The notes: generated by a model not told the origin, from the letters alone. Counted from the stretch's first letter, positions 54,161 to 64,000 are shown. The stretch: DNA of 64,000 nt from Bacilli bacterium (GCA_050949315.1 JBMNFL010000001.1:64001-128000), one strand, 5' to 3'. Numbers and translations are program-made.

Positions 54161-55971
54161 GTTTTGATCAGAGTAAAATCCGCAATTTTTCTATCATCGC
54201 CCATATCGATCACGGTAAATCAACGCTGGCTGATCGTCTTTTAGAGTTGACAGGAACTATTGAAAAACGTTCGATGAAGTCACAACATTTAGACTCCATG
54301 GATTTAGAGCGGGAACGGGGGATAACCATTAAATTAAATGCGGTCCAGTTGCGCTATCAAGCAAAAGATGGACAGGATTATATTTTTAATTTAATTGATA
54401 CTCCAGGACATGTTGACTTTACTTATGAGGTTTCTCGTTCCTTAGCCGCCTGTGAAGGCGCTTTGCTGGTGGTTGATGCCACTCAAGGAGTTGAAGCTCA
54501 AACCTTGGCCAATCTTTATTTGGCTTTAGATAATGATTTAGAAATTTTACCAATTATCAACAAGATTGATCTACCGAGTGCTAATGTTGAATTAGTAAAG
54601 AAAGAAATTGAAAATGATATTGGTTTACCCTGTGACTATGCCCCAGCAGTAAGTGCTAAAACCGGTGAAAATGTCGAGTCAATTTTAGAGGCGATTATTC
54701 AGCATATCCCAGCTCCTAAAGGTGATGTGCATGCCCCTTTAAAAGCTTTGATTTTTGATTCTTACTACGATTCTTATCGGGGCGTGATCTTATTTATTAG
54801 AATAAAAGAAGGCGAAGTTAAACTTGGCGATAAAATTTTATTAATGGCTGATAATGCTAGCTATGAAGTTTTAGAACTAGGGATTCGTAATCCCAAAGAA
54901 GTAAAGACGACATCTTTAAAAGCGGGGGAAGTTGGTTATTTAGCGGCTGGTATCAAAAACATTAAGGATGTTGAAGTTGGAGATACTATAACTTTAGCGA
55001 ATAGACCAGCAAAAGAACGTCTAGCTGGTTATCGTAAATTAAATCCCATGGTTTACTGTGGCTTGTTTCCCGTTGATAACGACCGTTACAGCGATTTAAA
55101 AGAAGCACTTGAAAAGTTGAGTTTAAATGATTCTTCCTTAGTATATGAAGCAGAAACTTCCCAAGCCTTGGGCTTTGGTTTCCGTTGTGGCTTTCTAGGA
55201 CTTTTACATATGGATGTCGTTCAGGAACGCTTAGAACGTGAATATAATTTAAATCTGATTGCAACGGCACCTTCAGTTATTTATCATGTTCATATGACTA
55301 ATGGGGAGATTATCAAACTTGATAACCCTGCCAAAATGCCGGATATGTCTAAGGTTGATCATCTAGAAGAGCCCTTTGTGCGGGCGACGATTATGACACC
55401 TCCAGATTATATCGGGCCTTTGATGGAACTTTGTCAAAATAAACGTGGTGTTTTTGTCAATATGGATTATTTGGATGCGAATCGCAACGCTTTGATTTAC
55501 GATATTCCTTTAGCAGAAGTTATTTTCAATTTCTTTGATAATTTAAAGTCAGTTAGTCGTGGTTATGCCTCCTTAGATTATGAACTCAAGGGTTATTTTG
55601 CTTCCAATTTAGTCAAGATGGATATTCTTTTAAATGGGGAAGCAATTGATGCCTTAGCTATCATTGTGCACCGCGAATCCGCTTTTAATCGAGGTCAAAA
55701 AATCACTTCTAAATTAAAGAAAATCATCCCGCGCCAGCAGTTTGAAATTCCCGTTCAAGCAGCGATTGGTGGCAAGGTTATTGCAAGAACAAATATCAAG
55801 TCCGTGCGGAAGGATGTTTTAGCCAAGTGTTATGGTGGGGATATTAGTCGGAAAAAGAAATTATTAGAAAAACAAAAAGAAGGTAAAAAACGGATGAAGG
55901 CGATTGGCAGTGTCGAAGTACCGCAGGAAGCTTTTATGGCCGTTTTGAATATGAATGATGAGGGGGATTAA
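54157..55971 (+). CDS. lepA: Elongation factor 4
   Basis: [26 protein letters not shown]. Confidence 0.98.
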   Translation: MSFDQSKIRNFSIIAHIDHGKSTLADRLLELTGTIEKRSMKSQHLDSMDLERERGITIKLNAVQLRYQAKDGQDYIFNLIDTPGHVDFTYEVSRSLAACEGALLVVDATQGVEAQTLANLYLALDNDLEILPIINKIDLPSANVELVKKEIENDIGLPCDYAPAVSAKTGENVESILEAIIQHIPAPKGDVHAPLKALIFDSYYDSYRGVILFIRIKEGEVKLGDKILLMADNASYEVLELGIRNPKEVKTTSLKAGEVGYLAAGIKNIKDVEVGDTITLANRPAKERLAGYRKLNPMVYCGLFPVDNDRYSDLKEALEKLSLNDSSLVYEAETSQALGFGFRCGFLGLLHMDVVQERLEREYNLNLIATAPSVIYHVHMTNGEIIKLDNPAKMPDMSKVDHLEEPFVRATIMTPPDYIGPLMELCQNKRGVFVNMDYLDANRNALIYDIPLAEVIFNFFDNLKSVSRGYASLDYELKGYFASNLVKMDILLNGEAIDALAIIVHRESAFNRGQKITSKLKKIIPRQQFEIPVQAAIGGKVIARTNIKSVRKDVLAKCYGGDISRKKKLLEKQKEGKKRMKAIGSVEVPQEAFMAVLNMNDEGD

Positions 55972-55972
55972 G

Positions 55973-57745
55973 ATGATCAATAAGAGAATTCAGAGTTTAC
56001 AAAAAGAATTAGTAGCCAAGAACATTGGTGTTTACATCATTCCTACGGCGGATTATCACGGCTCAGAGTATATCAGCGACTTTTTTAAGGTTCGCCAGTA
56101 TATGAGTGGTTTTACTGGTTCAGCTGGGACTTTGCTTGTGACCAAAACAAAAGCCTATCTGTTTGCGGATGGCCGTTATTTCTTACAAGCGGAAGCCGAA
56201 CTTAAAGGCAGTAACATTGAGTTGATTAAAATGGGTCTAGCGGGAATGCCGACCTTAAGTGAATTGATTCAAAAAGAGTTAGGTGAGGGGGAAAACATTG
56301 GCTTTGATGCCGCTTTGATTTCCACTAGGCAAGCTAGGGAACTAGAAAAAATTGCCAAAGCCAAAGCAGGTCGAGTGGTATCAGAAGATCTTGTCGCTAA
56401 AATTTGGCAAGACCGTCCCAGTTTACCTAAAGGAAAACTTTGGATCTTAGAAAAGCAATATAGTGGTGAAAGCACGAAGAGTAAAATTAAAAGACTGCGG
56501 AGCAAAATGCGCGAAAAGCATTGTAGTAACCACATTATTTCTTCTTTGTGTGATATCGCGTGGCTTTTGAATCTACGGGGTAGTGATGTTGAGTGTACAC
56601 CAGTCTTTTTAGCTTACTTAGTTTTGATGGGCCGTCACTGCACGCTTTTTGTTGATCGCACAAAACTCACCATTGAGGTCAAAAGATATCTTGCCGAAAA
56701 CGGAGTAGAAGTTGAAGACTACACCAGCGCCCAAGATTATTGTTCGCAGTTAAGAGGCACAACTCTAATTGATCCCAACAATCTCAATTATGCCATTTAC
56801 CGCGTTCTTACTTGTAAAAAGGTGGAAGCCCAATATCCCAGTGTCTTAATGCGGGCTATTAAAAACAAAACCGAAATCAAGAATATTAAAGAGGCCCATA
56901 TTAAAGATGCCGTGGCCATGTGTAAATTTATGTATTGGTTGAAGACCAACATCGGTAAGCAAGAAATGAGCGAACTCAGCGTTCAAGATTATCTTTACCA
57001 ACTGCGGGCCGAGCAAAAGGATTATGTTGGTCCTTCTTTTGGCACCATTTGTGCCTATAAAGAACATGCAGCTTTGATGCATTATAGTTCAAGTGAGAAG
57101 ACAAATGTCGCTTTGAAGCCCGAAGGTTTATTATTAATTGATTCTGGTGGTCACTATTTACAAGGTACCACCGACATAACAAGAACCTTTGCTTTAGGTA
57201 AACTCAGTGCTGAAGAAAAGATGCATTTTACCACAGTTGTAGAAGCGGTTATTAATCTAGCATCGACCCAGTTTTTAAAGGGTTGCCGAGGGATTAATCT
57301 CGATGTTCTCTGTCGTGAACCTTTTTGGAAGTTAGGTATGGATTATAAATGCGGAACTGGCCATGGTGTGGGCTATCTTCTAAGTGTTCACGAAGGACCA
57401 CAGAGTTTTAGGTGGCAACCAATACCGGGCATAGAGTCGGCAGTTTTAGAGCCAGGTATGGTCACAACCGATGAACCAGGAATTTATCTAGGCGGGAAAT
57501 ATGGTATTAGGATTGAAAACGAATTGCTCTGTAAAGAAATTCTAACCAATGCCGATGGAACCTTCTTAGGCTTTGAAGATATAACCTATGTCCCAATTGA
57601 TTTAGATGCCATTGATAAAACTTATCTTTCAGCACCTAACATCGCTTATTTAAATAATTACCATAAGCAGGTATATCGTTTAATCTCGCCGTATCTGAAT
57701 GAAGAAGAAAAGAAGTTTTTAAAGACTTATACAAGAGCTATTTAA
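55973..57745 (+). CDS. Xaa-Pro aminopeptidase (M24, long type)
   Basis: GFTGSAG, DSGGHY, GTTDITRT, GHGVG, HEGP, EPG. Confidence 0.92.
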   Translation: MINKRIQSLQKELVAKNIGVYIIPTADYHGSEYISDFFKVRQYMSGFTGSAGTLLVTKTKAYLFADGRYFLQAEAELKGSNIELIKMGLAGMPTLSELIQKELGEGENIGFDAALISTRQARELEKIAKAKAGRVVSEDLVAKIWQDRPSLPKGKLWILEKQYSGESTKSKIKRLRSKMREKHCSNHIISSLCDIAWLLNLRGSDVECTPVFLAYLVLMGRHCTLFVDRTKLTIEVKRYLAENGVEVEDYTSAQDYCSQLRGTTLIDPNNLNYAIYRVLTCKKVEAQYPSVLMRAIKNKTEIKNIKEAHIKDAVAMCKFMYWLKTNIGKQEMSELSVQDYLYQLRAEQKDYVGPSFGTICAYKEHAALMHYSSSEKTNVALKPEGLLLIDSGGHYLQGTTDITRTFALGKLSAEEKMHFTTVVEAVINLASTQFLKGCRGINLDVLCREPFWKLGMDYKCGTGHGVGYLLSVHEGPQSFRWQPIPGIESAVLEPGMVTTDEPGIYLGGKYGIRIENELLCKEILTNADGTFLGFEDITYVPIDLDAIDKTYLSAPNIAYLNNYHKQVYRLISPYLNEEEKKFLKTYTRAI

Positions 57746-57756
57746 AAAAGCAAAAT

Positions 57757-57790
57757 AAAAAGAGAGGCTTTCTACTAGACCTCTCTTTTA
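57757..57790. terminator. Bidirectional terminator
   Basis: AAAAGAGAGG...CCTCTCTTTT. Confidence 0.75.
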
Positions 57791-57810
57791 TTATCAAAAC
57801 TTTATAAATT

Positions 57811-58191
57811 TTAGAAAAGATAAAGACTAATTAAGGCACTTGCGGTGCTACTAGTATTCGCAGTATTATCTTTAGGATTGATAACGCTAAAGGTGGCAAC
57901 GCCTAAAACGATGATTGCTAATATTATGATTAAAGAAATAAAACGTAAAACTTTATTGAAACCTTTAAAACCGAGGCCCAAGAAAATAAGTGTGAAAAGC
58001 CCACCAATGGCTTCAAAGATAAAGCCCAGAGCTGTGGCTGTCCCACCAACTATTAAGCCAATGATGCATTCACCTAGATTTTCCGCACTAATGGTGAACT
58101 CAACTGTTGAAAAAAGCAAGACTGCACCAAACACAGTTAAGGCTGTGCTTAGACAACCGAGTAAAAATAAAACAATAAAGCCTTTTCTCAT
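57811..58191 (-). CDS. Hypothetical small membrane protein downstream of recA
   Basis: Three hydrophobic segments; starts 3 bp after the recA stop. Confidence 0.65.
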   Translation of the reverse strand: MRKGFIVLFLLGCLSTALTVFGAVLLFSTVEFTISAENLGECIIGLIVGGTATALGFIFEAIGGLFTLIFLGLGFKGFNKVLRFISLIIILAIIVLGVATFSVINPKDNTANTSSTASALISLYLF

Positions 58192-58194
58192 AGG

Positions 58195-59211
58195 TTATTT
58201 TTCCTTGTTGAAGATTTTTTGACGAACACTTTGTTCCAAAACCTCAAAGATTTCGGGGTGCTCACTAAAATAGGCTTTGACATTATCAATGCCTTGTCCA
58301 ATTCGCGAACCATCATAATCATACCAAGAACCGGCTTTCGTGATTATACCGTGTTCTACTGCTAGGTCAATTACGTTATGCATTTGCGAAATGCCTTCTC
58401 CGTAAATCAAAACAACGTTAGCGACCTTAAAGGGTGGCGCCACTTTGTTTTTGACTATTTTTAATTGAAGGCGATGTCCGTAGGGAATGGCATTCTTTTT
58501 CAAGGTCTCTGTCCGTCGCACATCAACCCTTATTGAAGAGTAGAATTTTAAAGCGCGACCCCCTGAGGTTGTCTCCCCACCTGCCGGTCCAAAGCCTAAA
58601 GACATCTTATCTCTTAATTGGTTGATAAAGATGATAGAACATTTTGAGCGACTGAGATTGCCGGTTATTTTTCTAAGAGCCTTAGACATCAGTCGCGCCT
58701 GCAAGCCCATCTGGGCATCGCCCATTTCTCCTTCTAGTTCGGCTTGAGGTACTAAAGCAGCAACCGAATCAACGACAATTAGATCGATGGCGTTGCTGCG
58801 GATTAATAAATCAGCGATTTGTAAAGCTTCTTCGCCATTATCGGGTTGTGAGAGAATCAGTTCATCGACAATGACGCCTAAATTTTTAGCATAGGCAGGA
58901 TCAATGGCATGTTCGGCATCGATGTAGGCTACCTTACCACCAGCTTTTTGACAGGCAGCGACCGCGTGTAAAGCAACAGTGGTTTTACCGCTAGCTTCAG
59001 GGCCAAAAATCTCAATAACGCGGCCTTTTGGGTATCCGCCAATGCCTAGGGCATAGTCAAGTGATAAACAGCCCGAGGGTAGGACATCAACACTTAGGTT
59101 GGCTTGTTCTCCAAGACGCATGACGGAGCCTTTACCGAATTGCTTTTGAATGACGCGTAAAGTCTCATCTAGAGTTTCATTCACATTAGTTTTTTTCTTT
59201 TCTTCGGCCAT
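58195..59211 (-). CDS. recA: Recombinase A
   Basis: [24 protein letters not shown]. Confidence 0.98.
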   Translation of the reverse strand: MAEEKKKTNVNETLDETLRVIQKQFGKGSVMRLGEQANLSVDVLPSGCLSLDYALGIGGYPKGRVIEIFGPEASGKTTVALHAVAACQKAGGKVAYIDAEHAIDPAYAKNLGVIVDELILSQPDNGEEALQIADLLIRSNAIDLIVVDSVAALVPQAELEGEMGDAQMGLQARLMSKALRKITGNLSRSKCSIIFINQLRDKMSLGFGPAGGETTSGGRALKFYSSIRVDVRRTETLKKNAIPYGHRLQLKIVKNKVAPPFKVANVVLIYGEGISQMHNVIDLAVEHGIITKAGSWYDYDGSRIGQGIDNVKAYFSEHPEIFEVLEQSVRQKIFNKEK

Positions 59212-59249
59212 TTAGTTCTTCCTTTCTAGTGTGATAGTGACACTTATAT

Positions 59250-59282
59250 ATAACATAGGTAAATTAACTTAAAGTTCCTAAA
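59250..59282 (-). promoter_or_regulatory. Putative alternative-sigma promoter of recA (TTTAGGAA-N16-CTATGTTAT)
   Basis: Matches the comEA upstream motif with identical spacing; overlaps the 3' end of the CinA-C gene. Confidence 0.6.
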
Positions 59283-59725
59283 TAATTTTCAAGTTTTTTT
59301 AAAGCGATTTGAATAGCTTGTTTTTTAATTTGTTGGCGTGTGCCTTTTAATTCCAAGCGTTCTACTTCTACCTGCTTATCGGTTGCTAGGCCAATATAGA
59401 CAAGTCCTACGGCTTTTCCTTCAATGGAAGAGGGGCCAGCGTTGCCTGTAAAACTAAGGGCTAAATCACTATGCATAAGCAAACGACAATTAATAGCCAT
59501 CTTTCTAGCACATTCTTCGGAAACGGTTCCAAACTTCTCAATAATCTTAGTAGGGACCTGTAAGATTTTTTCCTTAACTAAGGGGCTATAGCTAACGATG
59601 CCACCCATAAAAACTTCGCTAGCATGGGGGATATTAGTAATAAAATTACTAAAGCCACCACCAGTAAAGCTTTCGGCTACCGCTAATGTCAGACCTTTTT
59701 TACGCAACAACTGAACAATATTCAT
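59264..59725 (-). CDS. CinA C-terminal domain protein (NMN deamidase, PncC-like)
   Basis: AESFTGG, SFTGNAGP, VGLVYI; pgsA-cinA-recA synteny. Confidence 0.88.
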   Translation of the reverse strand: MNIVQLLRKKGLTLAVAESFTGGGFSNFITNIPHASEVFMGGIVSYSPLVKEKILQVPTKIIEKFGTVSEECARKMAINCRLLMHSDLALSFTGNAGPSSIEGKAVGLVYIGLATDKQVEVERLELKGTRQQIKKQAIQIALKKLENYLGTLS

Positions 59726-60339
59726 TATTTTTCATTGGCTCCTTCAAAGACCATTTTAGCGTTTTTAACTAGATAATCAATACCAGAGATCAAAGAGATT
59801 AAAGCCGAGATATAGGCTAGGATTTGACCGATAGAAATGCTCCAATTTAATGGGGCAGCTTGGAAAATAAGAACCACGATTAAGGCAATCATCTGCGAGA
59901 TGGTCTTAGCCTTACCGAGTTTAGAGGCGGCGATAACCACTTTCTTCTGAGCGGCAATAAAACGAATGGCATCAACGATGGTATCGCGCATGATATAGAT
60001 GACGATGACGATAACATTTATCTCCCCCATAACTACTAGGAATAGAGTTAGGGTGTTAACTAATAGTTTATCGGCGATGGGATCAAGAAATTTTCCAAAA
60101 GTGGTAATTAAATTGCGACTGCGAGCAATCTTGCCATCAAAATAATCGGTTAGCGAACCGAAGACAAATAAAAAAATTAAGACGAGGCGAATCCAAGTAA
60201 AGTTTAAACCGGCGATATTAAAAGACCAGGGATCTGGTATGTATAAAGCTAACATTCCAAAAACAATCAGTAGGAGCACACAAAACATGCGAATTACTGT
60301 AAGCTTATTGGGGGTGTTAAGTTTGGTGAACCAACTCAT
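59725..60339 (-). CDS. pgsA: CDP-diacylglycerol--glycerol-3-phosphate 3-phosphatidyltransferase
   Basis: TPNKLT, TDYFDGKIAR...FGKFLDPIADK; start moved to 60339 because 60381 lies inside rnpB. Confidence 0.93.
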   Translation of the reverse strand: MSWFTKLNTPNKLTVIRMFCVLLLIVFGMLALYIPDPWSFNIAGLNFTWIRLVLIFLFVFGSLTDYFDGKIARSRNLITTFGKFLDPIADKLLVNTLTLFLVVMGEINVIVIVIYIMRDTIVDAIRFIAAQKKVVIAASKLGKAKTISQMIALIVVLIFQAAPLNWSISIGQILAYISALISLISGIDYLVKNAKMVFEGANEK

Positions 60340-60363
60340 AGTTTTTGCCTTTCCAAAGTGAGT

Positions 60364-60700
60364 GTCAATTCTGTAAGCCATGTTCTGTATTAAGCAACCA
60401 TTTATCTATGCTTAAGCATCCCCTCAAAGATTCATTTCTCTTATCGGAGTTCCTCTACCAAATTTGAGTTTCTCGCTTGTGGGGTTTACCGCGTTCCATT
60501 CCAACTTTTTCAAGAAGGACTGCGTCACTGTGGCACTTTTATAGGCGCCGACCATATCCGAAGACTTAGGTTTTTGCCAGCCGTTAGATGCTCCCATCTA
60601 CCCCGATTTATTTTTTCATCGGGCACAAACACTACCACCATCGCAGGTGGTGCGAGCATGGACTTTCCTCTACCTTGCGGCAGCGGTTGCTAAAATTGAC
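60364..60700 (-). ncRNA. rnpB: RNase P RNA, type B
   Basis: GAGGAAAGTCCATGCTC near the 5' end, GGTAAACCCC, ACAGAACATGGCTTACAG near the 3' end, P1 GTCAATT/AATTGAC; promoter TTGCTT-17-GATAAT. Confidence 0.95.
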
Positions 60701-60814
60701 CGTATATATTATCGCAAATATGTTATAAAAAAGCAATCTTTATACAATAATTATTCAAACATAAATTTGAATAAAGGTGGACTTGTGCTATAATGACAAA
60801 AAGGAGAAATTGCT

Positions 60815-61393
60815 ATGATCAAGTACCCTAATGGAACGCGAAAAACTCGACCAAAGACCACCCCAAAATCTATGGTTAATTACGCAGATCGCGGAATGAA
60901 TTTTGAAAGTGAAATCGATCAGAGCAATGAGTATTATCGTAAGGTAAACCGCGCTCTAATTTATAAGAAGCCAACGCCTATCAAGGTTGTAAAAGCCTCT
61001 AAAAATGAAACTGGTTCTTACCAGATAAATGAGGCCTATTTTATGCAGCCGAGCACCACCGATTATAATGGAATATATCGTGAAAAATATATTGATTTTG
61101 AGGCAAAAGAAACCAAAAATAGCAATTTGTTTCCTTTATCTAATATTCATAAGCACCAATTAGAGCATCTTTTTGCTGTCCAAAGACATGGTGGCATCGC
61201 CTTTATCTTGGTGCGTTTTGTCAAGCATAATGAAGTTTACTTATTAGATGCCAGTTTTTTAGAAAGTGCCATCAGTCAAAATCTAAAATCGCTGCGCTAT
61301 GAGTTTTTTAAAGAAAAAGCGCTTTTGGTTCCTTTTGGTTATCAAGTTCCCATTGATTATTTACGGGTTGTTGATGACTATTATTTCCAATAA
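60815..61393 (+). CDS. recU: Holliday junction resolvase RecU
   Basis: YPNG, RGMNFE, KKPTP, STTDYNG, DFEAKET. Confidence 0.95.
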   Translation: MIKYPNGTRKTRPKTTPKSMVNYADRGMNFESEIDQSNEYYRKVNRALIYKKPTPIKVVKASKNETGSYQINEAYFMQPSTTDYNGIYREKYIDFEAKETKNSNLFPLSNIHKHQLEHLFAVQRHGGIAFILVRFVKHNEVYLLDASFLESAISQNLKSLRYEFFKEKALLVPFGYQVPIDYLRVVDDYYFQ

Positions 61394-61472
61394 TAAAAAC
61401 AATTTAAAGGGGTTGACAAACAAAAAAAACAGGAGCATAGTAGGGGTATAAAGAGATGGGGGGAATAATAAA

Positions 61473-62066
61473 ATGAAATATTGTACCAAGTGCAGTCATC
61501 TTTTAAATGATGAAGATCAAGTTTGTTCAAAATGTGGTGAGCAGCAAATTATTCCTAAGCCAGAAAATGAAGAAACAAAGCATTGCACTAAGTGTGGAAC
61601 CGTTGTTTCTCTTTCAACCGCCTTTTGTCCTAAATGCGGTTTTCCAGTGGGGTCCAAATACATAAAAACAACAACTACTGAAAAGGTCTATAAGGGATGG
61701 TGTGGTATTGCATCCATTGTTTTTGGCTTGCTAGCTTTGGCGGCTCTAATTCTTTCTTTAGTCAGATGGGAAAGCGAAAGTGCTTGGGCCGCAGTTGTTT
61801 CAGCGGTGCTAGGTTTGGCATTCTTTTTCTATGGTCGGTTATATTCTCGACAATTGGCCTATGGTAAATTTCAAAAATTATGGGAAGAAAGAAGTCCGTT
61901 TCAGGGGGAATATGTTACCAATCCTAATAAAGTTGATACTTTAACAGATGAACAATTCAAGTTTAAAAACGATTACTCAACAAAGCCTTTGAAAATCGGC
62001 GCTTTTTTGAACACAATCATTGTCTCCGTCGCCCTTGTGATGGCAGTTATTATGAAATTAAGTTAG
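61473..62066 (+). CDS. Double zinc-ribbon membrane protein
   Basis: Four CxxC pairs followed by TM helices; own promoter TTGACA-17-CATAGT. Confidence 0.75.
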   Translation: MKYCTKCSHLLNDEDQVCSKCGEQQIIPKPENEETKHCTKCGTVVSLSTAFCPKCGFPVGSKYIKTTTTEKVYKGWCGIASIVFGLLALAALILSLVRWESESAWAAVVSAVLGLAFFFYGRLYSRQLAYGKFQKLWEERSPFQGEYVTNPNKVDTLTDEQFKFKNDYSTKPLKIGAFLNTIIVSVALVMAVIMKLS

Positions 62067-62689
62067 TTCTTAGTAAAATATTTACAATCGTCTTGAAGTT
62101 TACATGCCTGGCAGTTAGGATTTCTTGCCTTGCAAAAATAACGTCCAAAATGAATGAGTTGGTGGTGGATTTTACCCCAACTCTTTTTGTTGAACAGTTT
62201 TTTAAGTTTTTGTTCAATTATCAAAATACTATCATTTTCTTGGACTAGATTTAGACGTTTAGAAACTCTAGCTACATGAGTGTCCACAGGAAAGGCTGGT
62301 AGTTTAAACCCTTCGACTAGGACCACCGAGGCAGTTTTACGGCCAACACCGGGAAGTTTAGTTAACTCTTCTAAAGAATTGGGAACGACATTATCATAGT
62401 TGTTTGTTAAGACCTTAGCGGTGGCGATGATGTTTTTAGTTTTGTTTTTATAAAGACCAATTGGCTTAATTATTTGTTCAACTTCTTCTTGTTTAGCCAT
62501 GGCTAATAGTTCAGGACTTGGATATTTCTCAAAGAGTTCTTTTGTGACTTTGTTGACGGCGATATCAGTGGTTTGCGCCGATAAAATAACGGCGATTAAT
62601 AACTCAAAAAGGCTGTGATAGTTTAATTCACAGCGCGCATTAGGGTAGAGTTCATCAAGATAATTGCTTATTTTTTCTTTATTTGCCAT
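62063..62689 (-). CDS. nth: Endonuclease III
   Basis: LSAQTTD, LPGVGRKTA, VDTHV, C-x6-C-x2-C-x5-C. Confidence 0.95.
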   Translation of the reverse strand: MANKEKISNYLDELYPNARCELNYHSLFELLIAVILSAQTTDIAVNKVTKELFEKYPSPELLAMAKQEEVEQIIKPIGLYKNKTKNIIATAKVLTNNYDNVVPNSLEELTKLPGVGRKTASVVLVEGFKLPAFPVDTHVARVSKRLNLVQENDSILIIEQKLKKLFNKKSWGKIHHQLIHFGRYFCKARNPNCQACKLQDDCKYFTKN

Positions 62690-63326
62690 GCTTGTCAACC
62701 CAATCAAGATTGGCTATTTTTATGGATTCTTCCATATCTTTGCGCCAATCTTCCGAAATGGTCGTGTAGCCTTCTTTACGCCTTTCTTCCTGCTGTTGCC
62801 AGTTTAAAAGAATGCGATCGATATAACGAAAGTTCTTAACCTTAGCGGCCACGGCTTCTTTAAGCGCTAAGACAATTTTATCTTCACCATAACCGAGTTC
62901 AAACCAACTTTTTAATGTTTCAATTTCCGTGTAGGTTAGGGGACGACCAAACTCGTTTTCAAAGATGCTATAGATATGTTGAGTGTCGGGTTTGGACTTT
63001 TCATCTTTTTGACCTTGTTTAAGAAACTCGGCTACAAGTAACTGTTTGATACCTCTTAGAGAAGTACAGAGTTTGCCGTTTTCTTCTTCTACGAAAATCA
63101 GACTTTTATTGACTAATTGTGTTAGTATTTCACTGATTTTTTTATAATCTAAATTCATTTTTAAGGCCAGTAATTCCGGACTTATGAGGTTTTCACCTTG
63201 CTCAATGCAATAATCGGCAACCAAAAGAACCATAACTTCATCTTCACTTAAAGTCAGGCTTTTATAAGTAGAAATTAGAACGCTTTTCCAATCGATTTGT
63301 TTAGCTAATTTGTCATAATTGTTCAT
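62679..63326 (-). CDS. dnaD: DnaD domain replication protein
   Basis: FENEFGRPL, ALKEAV, YIDRILLNW; dnaD-nth synteny; start 63326 after GAGG. Confidence 0.88.
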   Translation of the reverse strand: MNNYDKLAKQIDWKSVLISTYKSLTLSEDEVMVLLVADYCIEQGENLISPELLALKMNLDYKKISEILTQLVNKSLIFVEEENGKLCTSLRGIKQLLVAEFLKQGQKDEKSKPDTQHIYSIFENEFGRPLTYTEIETLKSWFELGYGEDKIVLALKEAVAAKVKNFRYIDRILLNWQQQEERRKEGYTTISEDWRKDMEESIKIANLDWVDKHGK

Positions 63327-63409
63327 AAGAAATACCTCAAGCATCACAATAGCATAATTTTTATATATTTGCAAAAAAATCTGCCCTAAAAGACAGATTG
63401 ATTTTAAAG

Positions 63410-63486
63410 TGGTGCGCCCGACACGAATCGAACGTGCGGCCCCAACCTTCGGAGGGTTGTGCTCTAATCCCCTGAGCTACGGGCGC
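63410..63486 (-). tRNA. tRNA-Arg(CCG), CCA encoded
   Basis: GCGCCCG acceptor stem, CAACC-CT-CCG-AA-GGTTG anticodon arm, GTTCGATTC T-loop, 3' ACCA. Confidence 0.95.
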
Positions 63487-63556
63487 GCTTTAGTTGCGAT
63501 ATAAGTATAATCCAAATGGGCAGGGAATTAAAGATTTTTTATTTTACAGCGCAGGT

Positions 63557-64000
63557 TTAATCTTTTAAAGAAGTGATAGGAATAATATAAACACCATCAG
63601 TGTTTTTATATGCCATATTTCCAACACCATATATCACGCATTTTATTAGTGGTTCTTTGCCGCCACTATTAACGATGCTTTCACAAATTTTTATCAAGTT
63701 TTCAGCACCTTCTTCGGCCTTATCAAGACCCAGTTTTATTTCAAACGCACACCAATTGCCATCATCTAATTCTAAAACAGCATCAATTTCATTGCCTCGA
63801 TAATCTTGATAATGAAATAGTTTTGCATTCATAGCCTGGGCATATATTGATAGATCTCTTTCCACTAGTGCTTCAAACATGAAACCAAAGGTGTTTAAAT
63901 CACCCATCATTTTTTTAGGCGTTAACTTTAACATTGCACAGGCCATTGCTGGATCAGAAAAATGCCTTTTTTCCATTTGTTTAACTCTTAAGGATGATCT
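63557..64000 (-). CDS. AAA ATPase + DUF4143 protein, C-terminal part (runs off window)
   Basis: KRHFSDP, GFMFEALV, EIDAV...AFEIK nuclease-like motif; frame open to 64000. Confidence 0.82.
   Translation of the reverse strand, partial: RSSLRVKQMEKRHFSDPAMACAMLKLTPKKMMGDLNTFGFMFEALVERDLSIYAQAMNAKLFHYQDYRGNEIDAVLELDDGNWCAFEIKLGLDKAEEGAENLIKICESIVNSGGKEPLIKCVIYGVGNMAYKNTDGVYIIPITSLKD

Noticed and set aside
57845-58222. 125-aa plus-strand ORF
   Set aside because: Antisense shadow of the membrane gene coupled to recA.
60340-60381. pgsA start at 60381
   Set aside because: Falls within the conserved 3' end of RNase P RNA.

Overview
AT-rich chromosomal window from a genome-reduced Bacilli/Mollicutes-related bacterium. 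It uses genetic code 11 (Trp=TGG, TGA=stop); an Erysipelotrichales/RFN20-like lineage is my inference. Content is mostly housekeeping: spx, nadK, maf, rnj, gdhA, gmk-priA-rsmB-rlmN-rsgA-rpe, a glycerol cluster, short glmU, a LoaP-like NusG paralogue, hemW, T-box-controlled metNIQ and alaS, CIRCE-controlled hrcA-grpE-dnaK-dnaJ-clpB, mnmA, recD2, greA, comEA/comEC, holA, fmt, lepA, recA, rnpB, recU, nth, dnaD and tRNA-Arg(CCG). Most striking observations: (1) two divergent IS481-like elements stacked in tandem, separated and followed by an identical 22-bp repeat that is the -35/spacer of the spx promoter; (2) an AlbA_2(Schlafen)-ATPase-wHTH gene whose promoter is built from a 12-bp tandem repeat that reappears, inverted, inside its own coding sequence; (3) an identically spaced TTTAGGAA-N16-CTATGTTAT motif upstream of both comEA-comEC and recA, suggesting a competence-specific alternative sigma promoter; (4) absence of cell-wall genes from otherwise conserved Bacilli clusters. 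No CRISPR array was seen. All calls are by eye, without database searches.
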